A stretch of DNA of 64,000 nt, taken from the NCBI GenBank assembly GCA_024229935.1, contig JAAERX010000042.1:4347-68346 (forward strand), given 5' to 3'. Made by a program: the position numbers and the translations under genes. A model generated the notes under the pieces. That model had not been told where the DNA came from. It saw only the letters and a program-made list of their open reading frames with translations, and ran no database searches. Origin of the DNA: Gammaproteobacteria bacterium. GTDB taxonomy: Bacteria > Pseudomonadota > Gammaproteobacteria > Steroidobacterales > GCA-2729495. This document shows positions 9,805 through 19,515 of this stretch, piece after piece; the first letter of the stretch is position 1, and the number at the start of each line of letters is the position of its first letter.

Positions 9805-11100
9805 ATGAGCGAAAAAATTTTCACACTAAAGGACAACACCACTGGCGTTGCAGCTGAATTACAAAGTCATGAAGGGACACTGGGCCCTGAAGTAATTGAT
9901 GTACGTAAACTCTATGCCCAGACAGGCAAGTTCACTTTTGACCCTGGGTTTGCGTCTACAGCCAGCTGTAAAAGTGCCATCACCTTTATTGATGGTGATG
10001 AAGGTGTACTGCTTTATAGGGGTTACCCTGTTGAGCAACTTGCTGCTAAAAGTTCTTTTATAGAAGTTTGCTATCTGCTTTTGTACGGAGAGCTGCCTAC
10101 ACAGGTTGAACTGGATAAGTTTGATAACAGCATCCGCACGCACACGATGATTAATGAAACCATGTTGAGGCTGTTTAACGGTTTTCATCATGATGCACAC
10201 CCAATGGCGATGGTGTCGGGTGTGGTTGGTTCTATGTCAGCGTTTTATCACGACACGATGGATATTCAGAATGCCCGTCATCGTGAAATCTTTTCCCACC
10301 GGATTGTTGCCAAGCTTCCCACTATTGCAGCTGCAGCCTACAAACATACTCTGGGTCAGCCTTTTATGTACCCACGCAATGATCTGGATTATTCCAGTAA
10401 TTTGCTGAATATGTTTTTCTCAGTACCTGCAGAGGATTTTGAACTTGATCCGGTTGCAGTTGAAGCGATTGATTTGTTGCTTATTCTGCATGCTGATCAT
10501 GAGCAAAACTGTTCAACATCAACAGTACGTCTGGCAGGCAGCTCGGGTGCTAACCCCTATTCGGCCATTGCTGCGGGTATCTCTGCGCTTTGGGGCCCCG
10601 CACACGGCGGTGCTAATGAAGCTGTACTGAACATGCTGGAAAAAATTGGCAGTGTTAAGAATATAAATAAGTATGTTGCCAAGGCTAAAGATAAAGATGA
10701 CGCCTTCCGTCTAATGGGCTTTGGGCATCGTGTTTATAAAAACTTTGATCCACGCGCTACCATCATTCGTGATATGTGCCATAAGGTGCTGGAAAAATTA
10801 GGTCGTAAGGATGACCCATTATTTGAGCTGGCACTTGAGCTGGAACAGGTTGCCTTAAAAGATGACTACTTCGTAGAGAAGAAGCTGTATCCAAATGTTG
10901 ATTTCTACTCTGGCATTATCTATCGCGCTCTGGGTATCCACCCGTCCATGTTCACTGTTATGTTTGCCATCGCCCGCACTGTGGGTTGGGTTAGCCACTG
11001 GCAGGAAATGATAACTGATGCGGAACACCGCATAGGTCGGCCACGTCAGTTATATACAGGCCCAGAGAATCGCGACTACCTTGATGTGGCTAAGCGCTGA
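9805..11100 (+). CDS. gltA: Citrate synthase (type II, hexameric-type length)
   Basis: The 431-aa ORF carries [42 protein letters not shown] and DFYSGIIY. Confidence 0.95.
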   Translation: MSEKIFTLKDNTTGVAAELQSHEGTLGPEVIDVRKLYAQTGKFTFDPGFASTASCKSAITFIDGDEGVLLYRGYPVEQLAAKSSFIEVCYLLLYGELPTQVELDKFDNSIRTHTMINETMLRLFNGFHHDAHPMAMVSGVVGSMSAFYHDTMDIQNARHREIFSHRIVAKLPTIAAAAYKHTLGQPFMYPRNDLDYSSNLLNMFFSVPAEDFELDPVAVEAIDLLLILHADHEQNCSTSTVRLAGSSGANPYSAIAAGISALWGPAHGGANEAVLNMLEKIGSVKNINKYVAKAKDKDDAFRLMGFGHRVYKNFDPRATIIRDMCHKVLEKLGRKDDPLFELALELEQVALKDDYFVEKKLYPNVDFYSGIIYRALGIHPSMFTVMFAIARTVGWVSHWQEMITDAEHRIGRPRQLYTGPENRDYLDVAKR

Positions 11101-11114
11101 TTAAGTGAGACTAT

Positions 11115-11143
11115 CTTTTTAGCCGCTGTAGTCAGCTAAAAAG
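11115..11143. terminator. AT-rich hairpin between convergent gltA and mrcA (possible bidirectional terminator)
   Basis: CTTTTTAGC (11115-11123) and GCTAAAAAG (11135-11143) form a perfect 9-bp inverted repeat with an 11-nt loop. The stem is weak and there is no clean U-tract. Confidence 0.3.
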
Positions 11144-11250
11144 AGTTGTAGTCAAATTTAAATGCCAGCGGGCATCTCATGCTTGTAGGCTTATGGAAGG
11201 CCAGAGCCTGTGCTTAATGCATCATCGGGCGACTCAACGCTCCGTGTGAC

Positions 11251-13938
11251 TCAGAAGATGGACCCATCCTTATCATCATCTGTGAATACGTCGCCTTCAT
11301 TAGAGTTGTATATGTTGGGGTTAGTGCCGGGTTCATTACCAGCCCTGAATATCTCAAATATTGATCCACTGGAACCATAAGGTGCAAGCTGTCCGGTTGC
11401 TGAGGATATACGTACACTCACTATCCCGTCAGGTTGTGGTATAGGAGCTGATGCGGTTCCTTCCAGGGCGATGGCCATAAAATTCTTCCAGATCGGCAGA
11501 GCGGTGCTCCCCCCCCCTTCACCTGCACCAAGTGAGCGAGAATCATCATCAAAGCCTACCCAGGCAATGCCAACCAGCTCATTATTAAAGCCACTAAACC
11601 ATGCATCCCGGCGATTATTGGAGGTGCCGGTTTTGCCGCCTATATCACTACGACCAAGCTCACGAGCACGACGTCCGGTTCCTCGTTTGATAACGTCACG
11701 CATCATGTCATAAACAATATAGGCATTCTGGGGTGAAATAATGCGTTGTGCCTGGTTGCGGTCAGACCAGAATAAAGGGGTCTCGGTGTAATTTGGATGC
11801 CAGTTTTCGGCATGATCAATCATCTCGACAACTGTGTTGTAGGCGGGCACTTCTGATGTCTCTATAGCCAGTGTAATTTCTTCAGTTATGCCGGCTGTGG
11901 TGTCTTCATGGTTTTCAGCCTTGACCTCGTCCTGATCTGTCCGGGCGAAATCAGGAGGGGCAGGTTTGTTGAGGGCCTCGCGGCCATCAAACCAGAGTTC
12001 CTCACATAAGTTACACACAGTGATGGGTGTTGCTGAAAAGACCGTTTCCCTTTCGGCGTTGATAATGCGGTCAATTAAATATCGTTTAACCGAATAGCCA
12101 CCACTGGCAAAGCCGGTATAGGCTTCACCTAATTGCCAGGGTGATGTGCCGCCCGTACCCAATGCCAGACTAAGGTCTCTGGGTAGGGCAGATTTTGGCA
12201 GCCTGAAAGGCTGTAGATGGTTTAGCGTGTGGCGGAGGCCTATTTCACGCAATATTCGAATAGACACAAGATTCATGGATTTTACTAGGCCTTCCCGTAA
12301 TCGGGATGGGCCATAGAAACGTTTTGAATAGTTCTCAGGTCGCCAGGCTTCTTCTTGTCCAAAGCTGTTTAATACAATGGGTGCATCGTTAACAATGGTG
12401 GCTGCAGTAAAACCACTCTCAAGTGCGGCTGAATAGATAAAGGGTTTAAATGCTGAGCCAGGCTGACGTTTAGTCTGGCTTGCACGGTTAAATGAGCTGG
12501 CGGAATAATCAAAGCCACCGCTCATTGCAATGGTTGCGCCATCTTGTGGGCTAAGCGCAACAAAAGCAGCTTGAGCAACAGGCACCTGGCCGAGGCGATA
12601 GCCACTTGGGGTGCTAAACAAATAAACCACATCACCAATACTAAGTATGTCAGTTATAGCCTCTGGTTCAGCTCCAACGATATTGTCATTGACATAGGGC
12701 TTCCATTTGATTTGTTCCCAGGCCAGTTCGATTTGCCCTGTATCACGCAGATAAAATTCCGCACCATTTGTTTCTGTATTAAGGCTTGTGACTATGGCAA
12801 TACTGATGTTTTCATAGTCAGGGTAGCCATTAAGGAAATCCTGCAGGGCAAAACTGTTATCCGTCTCAAAATTTATGCCCGGGGCAAGTAATTCATCTTT
12901 TTCTTTAAGGTTCTCTTCAGTGGTTGCCTGGTATTCACTAATGATGTCCTCAAGTACCACTTGATCCAGTGGACCGCGATAGCCATGGCGGTAATCATAG
13001 TTTGCCAGTGCATTACGTAATGCGCTGTTAGCAGCCTTTTGCAGCCTGCTGTCGATGGTGGTGATAACCTGATAACCATCTGTATAAGCCTTTTCACCAA
13101 AGCGTTGCACCATCTCGCTGCGAGCTATCTCAGCTGCATAAGGTGCTTTAAGCTCTACTTTTGGTCCGTGCAGCCGTGACATCATCGGGGTGTTCACAGC
13201 CAACTCAAAGTCCTCTGCACTAATGTAGTCCAGCTCTCGCATACGGCGCAGTACGTAGGCACGTCGGTCACGTGCCTGGTCTGGGTTGGCCACCGGATTA
13301 AGTCGTGATGGTGCAGCAGGTAATCCGGCAATGGTAGCTGCTTCGGCAATAGTTAACTTGTCCAGAGTCTTGCCAAAATAAACTTCTGCAGCAGCAGCGA
13401 CACCATACGAGCGATGCCCAAGGAAAATTTTATTAAGGTAAAGCGACAGAATAACCGGCTTCTCGAATGCGTGCTCTATCTGGATAGCAAGAATGAGTTC
13501 TTTTGCTTTACGTATAAAAGTTCTGTCTCGGGTCAGAAAGTATTCACGGGCAAGCTGCTGGGTAATGGTGCTGCCGCCCTGAGCCCGGGAGCCGGTCATT
13601 AATAATTTTAGGCCAGCTCTGACTATGCCCTGATAGTCAAACCCTGGGTGTTCAAAGAAGCGATCATCTTCTGCGGCTAAAAAAGCGTGTATGACCGTTT
13701 CCGGAATATTTTTATACTCCACTGGTATTCGTTTTTTTTCTCCAATCTGACTAATTAGCCGACCGTCGCGTGAATAAATGCGCAGCGGGATCTGCAGTTG
13801 TATATCACGCATTTCCTCAACCGATGGAAGTGTCGGCTGAAGGTAATAGTAGGCGGCAAAGCCGCTCGCCATAATGCCCAGGGCTAGGGTGCCTAGGATG
13901 CCTGCTGCAAATGGCAGCACTCGCAAAATTACGCTCAT
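11251..13938 (-). CDS. mrcA: Penicillin-binding protein 1A (bifunctional glycosyltransferase/transpeptidase)
   Basis: The 895-aa ORF has GT51 motifs (AAEDDRFFEHPG, GGSTITQQLA, RKAKE), transpeptidase motifs (SAFKPF, SMN, KTGTSN) and an N-terminal TM anchor. It is divergent from pilM, the conserved ponA<->pilMNOPQ arrangement. Confidence 0.93.
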   Translation of the reverse strand: MSVILRVLPFAAGILGTLALGIMASGFAAYYYLQPTLPSVEEMRDIQLQIPLRIYSRDGRLISQIGEKKRIPVEYKNIPETVIHAFLAAEDDRFFEHPGFDYQGIVRAGLKLLMTGSRAQGGSTITQQLAREYFLTRDRTFIRKAKELILAIQIEHAFEKPVILSLYLNKIFLGHRSYGVAAAAEVYFGKTLDKLTIAEAATIAGLPAAPSRLNPVANPDQARDRRAYVLRRMRELDYISAEDFELAVNTPMMSRLHGPKVELKAPYAAEIARSEMVQRFGEKAYTDGYQVITTIDSRLQKAANSALRNALANYDYRHGYRGPLDQVVLEDIISEYQATTEENLKEKDELLAPGINFETDNSFALQDFLNGYPDYENISIAIVTSLNTETNGAEFYLRDTGQIELAWEQIKWKPYVNDNIVGAEPEAITDILSIGDVVYLFSTPSGYRLGQVPVAQAAFVALSPQDGATIAMSGGFDYSASSFNRASQTKRQPGSAFKPFIYSAALESGFTAATIVNDAPIVLNSFGQEEAWRPENYSKRFYGPSRLREGLVKSMNLVSIRILREIGLRHTLNHLQPFRLPKSALPRDLSLALGTGGTSPWQLGEAYTGFASGGYSVKRYLIDRIINAERETVFSATPITVCNLCEELWFDGREALNKPAPPDFARTDQDEVKAENHEDTTAGITEEITLAIETSEVPAYNTVVEMIDHAENWHPNYTETPLFWSDRNQAQRIISPQNAYIVYDMMRDVIKRGTGRRARELGRSDIGGKTGTSNNRRDAWFSGFNNELVGIAWVGFDDDSRSLGAGEGGGSTALPIWKNFMAIALEGTASAPIPQPDGIVSVRISSATGQLAPYGSSGSIFEIFRAGNEPGTNPNIYNSNEGDVFTDDDKDGSIF

Positions 13939-14405
13939 AATTAAATAGAATACAGTCCCTTGTCTTGTGGAGGGTGATTATGCATATTTACGAGACGACT
14001 TGGGCAAACCTATAAAAAGATAGGGGTACAAAGCCACCGTTCTAATGGGCTGGATTCAGGTTTTGCAAGGGTTTCAGCGTCTTTTCCAGATGTTTTAGCG
14101 TGGTGGGGTCACCGGCATTTTATGGCCTGATGTTCAGTTAATTCTATGATAATGCTGCTCTGGTCGCGTCTATTCTGGACGTTACTCATGTCGTTTTTTA
14201 GTGCTGAGATGCAATATGCCTAAATCACTACTTGTTTAACAGTTTTGAATTAAATAGGTGGTTAATCTCATTAATTAGAGGTTTTTGATGTCATTATTCA
14301 AATATTTATCAATAGAGTTAATATTTGTCTGCATATAGTTAAATTGACTGTTAATGCTAAAGCTTGCATTGTGCAGTTAAGCATAAGACTTTGAAGGGGA
14401 AACAG

Positions 14406-15464
14406 GTGCTTGCTTCACGTTCAAAATTATTAGCAGGACTTGATATAACGACTTCATCAATCAAATTGATTGAATTGGTGCCTCAGGGTAGGGGTTACCA
14501 AGTTGAGTGTTATGCCGCAGAGCCCTCGCCCCCTAACTCAATAACGGAAAAATCCATTGTTGATGCCGATGCTGTTGGTGAAGCAGTACGTCGTGCGGTG
14601 AATCGGTCTTCAACCAAAGCAACTGAGGTTGCTATTGCCATTAGTGGTGATGCAGCGATTACCAAGGTCATTCAAATGCCACAGCATTTGAATGACAATG
14701 ATATGGAAGCTCAGGTTGAAATTCAGGCGGATCAATATATTCCTTTCCCGATGGAAGAAGTGAGTTTTGATTTCCAGGTAATGGGTGAATCCCCAAGTGA
14801 TCCGGATATGGTTGAAGTGCTGCTGGTAGCAACACGTACTGAAAATGTGGATCAGCGTAGAGCCGCTGTAGAAGCAGCTGGCCTGAAAGTACACGTGGTT
14901 GATGTTGAGCCCTTTGCGCTGGAAAATGCATGCTCTTTACTGACGCATCAAATGCCAGATGGTGGAATGGACCATCAGATTGCAGTTGTGGATTTTGGCG
15001 CTTCCAGTACAACTTTTAGTGTATTGCAGGATTTGCGAGTTATTTATACCCGTGACTTTAACTTTGGTGGCCAGCAGCTTACAGAAGAAATTATGCGGGT
15101 ATATGGGTTGAGCCTGGAAGATGCAGGCCGAGCCAAAAAGGAAGGCGGCTTGCCCAGCAACTACCAACCAGAGGTTCTTGATCCCTTTGTAGATGATATG
15201 ACTCAGCAGGTTAGTCGTTCACTGCAGTTTTTTCTTGCTTCCGGTGGTGGCCGAGAACAGCCGGATGAAATTCTGGTCTGTGGTGGTTGTGCCAATATTC
15301 CAGGTGTTGCAGATTTGGTTGCTTCAAAAGTTGGCATTCCAACTGAAGTGGGTGACCCGCTGGGGCAGATGAAAGTATCCAGCCGCGCTCGCTCGCAGGG
15401 CGTTAAAGATGATGCCACAGCTTTGTTAACAGCATGCGGTCTCGCAATGAGGGGTTTTGACTAA
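14406..15464 (+). CDS. pilM: Type IV pilus assembly protein PilM (actin-like ATPase fold)
   Basis: The sequence GLDITTSSIKLIEL... has an FtsA/PilM-like fold and is the first gene of pilMNOPQ. The GTG at 14406 is preceded by GAAGGGGA. The ORF track's TTG at 14364 is an alternative start. Confidence 0.88.
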   Translation: MLASRSKLLAGLDITTSSIKLIELVPQGRGYQVECYAAEPSPPNSITEKSIVDADAVGEAVRRAVNRSSTKATEVAIAISGDAAITKVIQMPQHLNDNDMEAQVEIQADQYIPFPMEEVSFDFQVMGESPSDPDMVEVLLVATRTENVDQRRAAVEAAGLKVHVVDVEPFALENACSLLTHQMPDGGMDHQIAVVDFGASSTTFSVLQDLRVIYTRDFNFGGQQLTEEIMRVYGLSLEDAGRAKKEGGLPSNYQPEVLDPFVDDMTQQVSRSLQFFLASGGGREQPDEILVCGGCANIPGVADLVASKVGIPTEVGDPLGQMKVSSRARSQGVKDDATALLTACGLAMRGFD

Positions 15465-16033
15465 TGCCTAAAATCAATCTATTGCCATGGCGTGATGAGT
15501 TACGGACACAAAGACGTAATCAGTTTTATATGGCAATGGGTGGGGCTTTTCTTTTTGCCAGTGTCGTTGTGCTCATTGGTGTCTTCTTGATGAATGGAAT
15601 TATTGATTCACAACAAGACCGTAATAAATTTATTGAGCAGGAAATTGTAATGCTTGATAAGCGCATCAAAGAGATTCTTGATCTTGAAGACAAGAAGGAT
15701 CGGTTAGTAGCGCGTATGAAAATCATTGAACAGCTGCAACAGAGTCGTCCTGGTGTTGTTCATCTGCTTGAAGATATTGCCCGGTCTGTACCTGATGGTG
15801 TTTATTTGAGTTCAGTTAAACAAAATGGAGATAAACTTGAGATTAAAGGGGCAGCGGAATCTAACACGCGTGTCTCAGCCTTTATGCGCAATATTGATAA
15901 GTCCCACTGGCTTGAGAGCCCGGATTTAAAGGTTGTTGAGGTTAAGAGCGATAGTAGCAAGGGGTTAAGAGCCAGTGAATTCACCGTAAATGCCAAGCAA
16001 GTCAGGGTTCAGTTAACGGAGGAAGATTCATGA
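15464..16033 (+). CDS. pilN: Type IV pilus assembly protein PilN
   Basis: The conserved N-terminus INLLPWR and a single TM segment are present, and its start overlaps the pilM stop. Confidence 0.88.
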   Translation: MPKINLLPWRDELRTQRRNQFYMAMGGAFLFASVVVLIGVFLMNGIIDSQQDRNKFIEQEIVMLDKRIKEILDLEDKKDRLVARMKIIEQLQQSRPGVVHLLEDIARSVPDGVYLSSVKQNGDKLEIKGAAESNTRVSAFMRNIDKSHWLESPDLKVVEVKSDSSKGLRASEFTVNAKQVRVQLTEEDS

Positions 16034-16695
16034 ATAACTTCCTTGAAGAAATCCAGTCACTGGATCCAAATGATATTGGTCGCTGGCCATTTTTATTTCG
16101 CGCTTCTGCCGTAGCTGTTGTTGCAGTGGTTGCAATGATGGCGGGTCTTTACCTATTTGTTTACGAGGAAAAAATTCCTGTACTTGAAAAAGCTCAGAGC
16201 GAGGAACAAGAGTTACGAGTTGTATTTGAAGCAAAGCAGAAGAAAGCTTCAAACTTTGATGCCTATCAGACACAACTGGCTGAGATTGAGCGATCATTTG
16301 GTACGATGCTGCAACAATTGCCAGGCAAAACTGAGATACCAAATCTGTTGGTGGATATTTCACAGACCGGTCTTGCTGCTGGGTTAAAAGAAAAGCTTTT
16401 TCAGCCAGAAAATGAAAATAGACGTGACTTTTATGCTGAGAAACCAATCAAGATAAGACTTGAGGGTGGTTACCATGAATTTGGAAATTTTGTCAGTGAC
16501 ATTGCGGCATTGCCACGAATTGTTACTTTGCATGATATCCAGATAATACCTGCTTCAAAAGATGCTTCTAATGATGAGCTTATTCTGACCGTGGTTGCGA
16601 AGACCTACCGGTATATGGATGAAGAAGAAGTTATGAAATTTGAAGCGGAAGGTAAGAAAGGCAGGAAAGGTAAAAAGAAAAGGAAAAGAGGCTAG
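16030..16695 (+). CDS. pilO: Type IV pilus assembly protein PilO (with a polybasic C-terminal tail)
   Basis: It has a TM segment plus coiled coil, the motifs IPNLLVDISQTG and LHDIQI, and a 4-nt overlap with pilN. The tail reads EAEGKKGRKGKKKRKRG. Confidence 0.85.
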   Translation: MNNFLEEIQSLDPNDIGRWPFLFRASAVAVVAVVAMMAGLYLFVYEEKIPVLEKAQSEEQELRVVFEAKQKKASNFDAYQTQLAEIERSFGTMLQQLPGKTEIPNLLVDISQTGLAAGLKEKLFQPENENRRDFYAEKPIKIRLEGGYHEFGNFVSDIAALPRIVTLHDIQIIPASKDASNDELILTVVAKTYRYMDEEEVMKFEAEGKKGRKGKKKRKRG

Positions 16696-16698
16696 TAG

Positions 16699-17226
16699 AT
16701 GAACCGATCAATACACATCGGTGAGCTTGGAATTCATGCCCTGGTTGTATGTATACCAGTATTTTTGCTGGGATGTTCATCCGGGGTAAATGATGAATTG
16801 TTAACCTATATTGATGAGGTTAAGGCCAAGCCAGGCGGTCGTGTTGAGGGACTGCCACAGATTAAGCCTTATGAGAGTTTTATATATGTGGCCGATAAAA
16901 TTCGTTCACCCTTTATGCCTGACCGTCCCGACTCACCACAGAGTATGACGGGTCCCAAGCCTATTCAGGACCGTAATAAGGAATATCTTGAGCAATTTCC
17001 TCTTGATACGCTTGCTATGGTTGGCACGCTCAGCCGTGAAGGAACTACCTTTGGTCTTGTACAGACACAAGATGGCATGGTGCACCGGGTTACTCCGGGC
17101 AATTATATTGGCCAGAATGAAGGCCGCATTATTGTAGTTAATGATGCGGCAATTGGTCTGGAAGAACTGGTGCCTAATGGGATCGGCAGCTTTTATAAAC
17201 GTTCAGCTGAAATAGGGTTGAAATGA
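16699..17226 (+). CDS. pilP: Type IV pilus assembly lipoprotein PilP
   Basis: It has the lipobox FLLGCSS, a PilP-like beta-domain (LDTLAMVGTL...GLVQTQDGMVHRVTPGNYIGQNEGRI), and sits between pilO and pilQ. Confidence 0.85.
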   Translation: MNRSIHIGELGIHALVVCIPVFLLGCSSGVNDELLTYIDEVKAKPGGRVEGLPQIKPYESFIYVADKIRSPFMPDRPDSPQSMTGPKPIQDRNKEYLEQFPLDTLAMVGTLSREGTTFGLVQTQDGMVHRVTPGNYIGQNEGRIIVVNDAAIGLEELVPNGIGSFYKRSAEIGLK

Positions 17227-17265
17227 GAGATCTCCCTCAGGGGAGCTATCTGGGAGTACCGAAAG

Positions 17266-19449
17266 ATGATCACAGCTACACAAGCGCAGAAAAAAATGAA
17301 AAAGCTTACTGCTTACTACAGTACGGTCTTTTTTCTTGCGCAGGTCGCACTATTGGGCTTTCTAGTAAGCATTTCAGTAAATGCTCAGGAAACAAGTAAC
17401 AAGCTCCAGGATATACAGGTTCAGAATTTGCCTGGTGATAAAGTTGAGTTGCAGCTTATTCTGTCAGGTCCTGCACCTGAGCCATTAGCATTTACTATCG
17501 ATCAGCCTGCGCGTATCGCACTGGATCTGGCTGATACATCTCTAGAGCTGGATAGCCGTCGTACTGATGTTGGTATGGGTGTATTAGATACAGTGCTTGT
17601 CGCTGAGGCTAATGGCCGGACCCGCGTAGTGCTGAACTTGGATGGCTTGGTTGGGTATCAGACACGTGTTGCAGGTAATACAGTTTATGTGACCCTGGAT
17701 TCACTTTTATCAGGTCAGCCTGCAGTTACAGAGTTTGCAGCAGCTAAAATTGCAAATGAATCTGCTTTGCCAGAACGTGGCATCGAATCAATTGATTTTA
17801 GACGTACTGATTCTGGTGGCGGTCGAATCATCGTGGTTATGTCGGATGCAAGTACACCTGTTGATGTTGGTCAGGAAGCAGGTAAGATTATTGTCAATTT
17901 TAGTGATACTGAACTTCCAGATGAGTTGCTTAAGCGCCTTGATGTGCTTGATTTTGCAACTCCGGTTAGCACTATTGATGTCCTTAAGGTTAATAGTGAT
18001 GCCCGCCTGGTAATTGCTACCAGAGGTGTTTTTGAAGAGCTGGCCTATCAGTCAGACAAAACATTTACAGTTGAAATTCAGCCGATTGCTCAAGAAGACC
18101 AGGCTGCAGTTGCCACTCTCTTTAGTAGTAATAAAGAATACACAGGCGAGCGCCTGACTCTGAACTTCCAGGATATTGATGCTCGTGCTGTATTACAGCT
18201 GCTTGCAGACATCAGTGGCCGTAATATTGTGGTGTCAGATACCGTGAACGGCAATGTCACCCTGCGTTTGCAGAATGTTCCCTGGGATCAGGCAATGGAT
18301 ATTGTGCTTGCTACCAAAGGTCTGGACATGCGCGAAAACGGCAACGTTATTATCGTGGCGCCGGCTGATGAAATTGCTGCACGTGAGAAAGCAGACCTGG
18401 AATCTCGTAAGGAGATTCAGCAGCTGGAACCACTGTACTCTGAATTCCTGCAGGTTAATTATGCGAAGGCCAGTGATATTGCGAGTCTGGTAGGTGTAGG
18501 TGGTGAGAACTCACTGTTATCAGAACGCGGTACCGTTGCTATAGATGATCGCACTAATACTCTTCTGCTTAAAGATACGGCTGATCATATAGCTGACATT
18601 CGGCGACTTGTATCTAAACTGGATATTCCAGTTCGTCAGGTATTAATTGAATCCCGTATTGTTGTCGTCAACGATGATTTTAGTCGTGATCTGGGCATAC
18701 GATGGGGCTTCACAGGTGTAACAGACAGTGGCGGTAAAACCTATGCTGTTACCGGTGATGCTGAAGGCACTAATACGATTATACAGTCAGGCATTGATAA
18801 TGTTAATAATGGTGATCCTTTTTATCCGGTTCAGCTTCCAAGTCTGGGTGACCGTCTTAATGTAAATATGCCTATTGCTAACCCGGCCGGTTCATTTGCC
18901 CTGGCAATTCTTGATGATGACTATCTTGTAGACCTCGAGTTATCTGCATCACAAGCTGAGGGTAATAGTGAGGTTATTTCCTCGCCAAGGGTTATTACGG
19001 CTAACCAGAAAGAGGCAAAAATTGAGCAGGGTGTGGAAATACCCTATCGGGAGGCATCTTCCAGTGGTGCCACAACAACCCAGTTTAAGGATGCTGTACT
19101 CAGCCTTACGGTAACGCCACAGATTACACCGGATGATCGCATCATCATGGACCTGTATGTCACCAAAGACAGTGTGGGTGAGCAGGTGTCTGATGGCTTT
19201 GGTGGTTCGGTACCCAGTATTGATACCCGATCAGTGCAGACACAGGTTTTGGTAGATAATGGTCAGACTGTTGTACTGGGCGGTATCTATGAGACTGAGA
19301 AGGGGGAGAAGGTTACTAAAGTGCCATTCCTGGGAGACATTCCTTTACTTGGCGCGCTCTTCCGTAGCACAAATGTTGTGTCGAATAAATCTGAGTTGTT
19401 GATATTTGTTACGCCGAAAATTCTTAATGAAGGTTCGGCTATTTATTAA
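17266..19449 (+). CDS. pilQ: Type IV pilus secretin PilQ
   Basis: The 727-aa ORF has a signal peptide, AMIN-like repeats, and a secretin core with a C-terminus reading VPFLGDIPLLGALFR...ELLIFVTPKIL. Confidence 0.93.
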   Translation: MITATQAQKKMKKLTAYYSTVFFLAQVALLGFLVSISVNAQETSNKLQDIQVQNLPGDKVELQLILSGPAPEPLAFTIDQPARIALDLADTSLELDSRRTDVGMGVLDTVLVAEANGRTRVVLNLDGLVGYQTRVAGNTVYVTLDSLLSGQPAVTEFAAAKIANESALPERGIESIDFRRTDSGGGRIIVVMSDASTPVDVGQEAGKIIVNFSDTELPDELLKRLDVLDFATPVSTIDVLKVNSDARLVIATRGVFEELAYQSDKTFTVEIQPIAQEDQAAVATLFSSNKEYTGERLTLNFQDIDARAVLQLLADISGRNIVVSDTVNGNVTLRLQNVPWDQAMDIVLATKGLDMRENGNVIIVAPADEIAAREKADLESRKEIQQLEPLYSEFLQVNYAKASDIASLVGVGGENSLLSERGTVAIDDRTNTLLLKDTADHIADIRRLVSKLDIPVRQVLIESRIVVVNDDFSRDLGIRWGFTGVTDSGGKTYAVTGDAEGTNTIIQSGIDNVNNGDPFYPVQLPSLGDRLNVNMPIANPAGSFALAILDDDYLVDLELSASQAEGNSEVISSPRVITANQKEAKIEQGVEIPYREASSSGATTTQFKDAVLSLTVTPQITPDDRIIMDLYVTKDSVGEQVSDGFGGSVPSIDTRSVQTQVLVDNGQTVVLGGIYETEKGEKVTKVPFLGDIPLLGALFRSTNVVSNKSELLIFVTPKILNEGSAIY

Positions 19450-19515
19450 TAGTATTTAAAGAATTCATAAGTGAATTTATAAAAGCCCGGCGGCGGGTGC
19501 TTAAAGGACTGCGTT

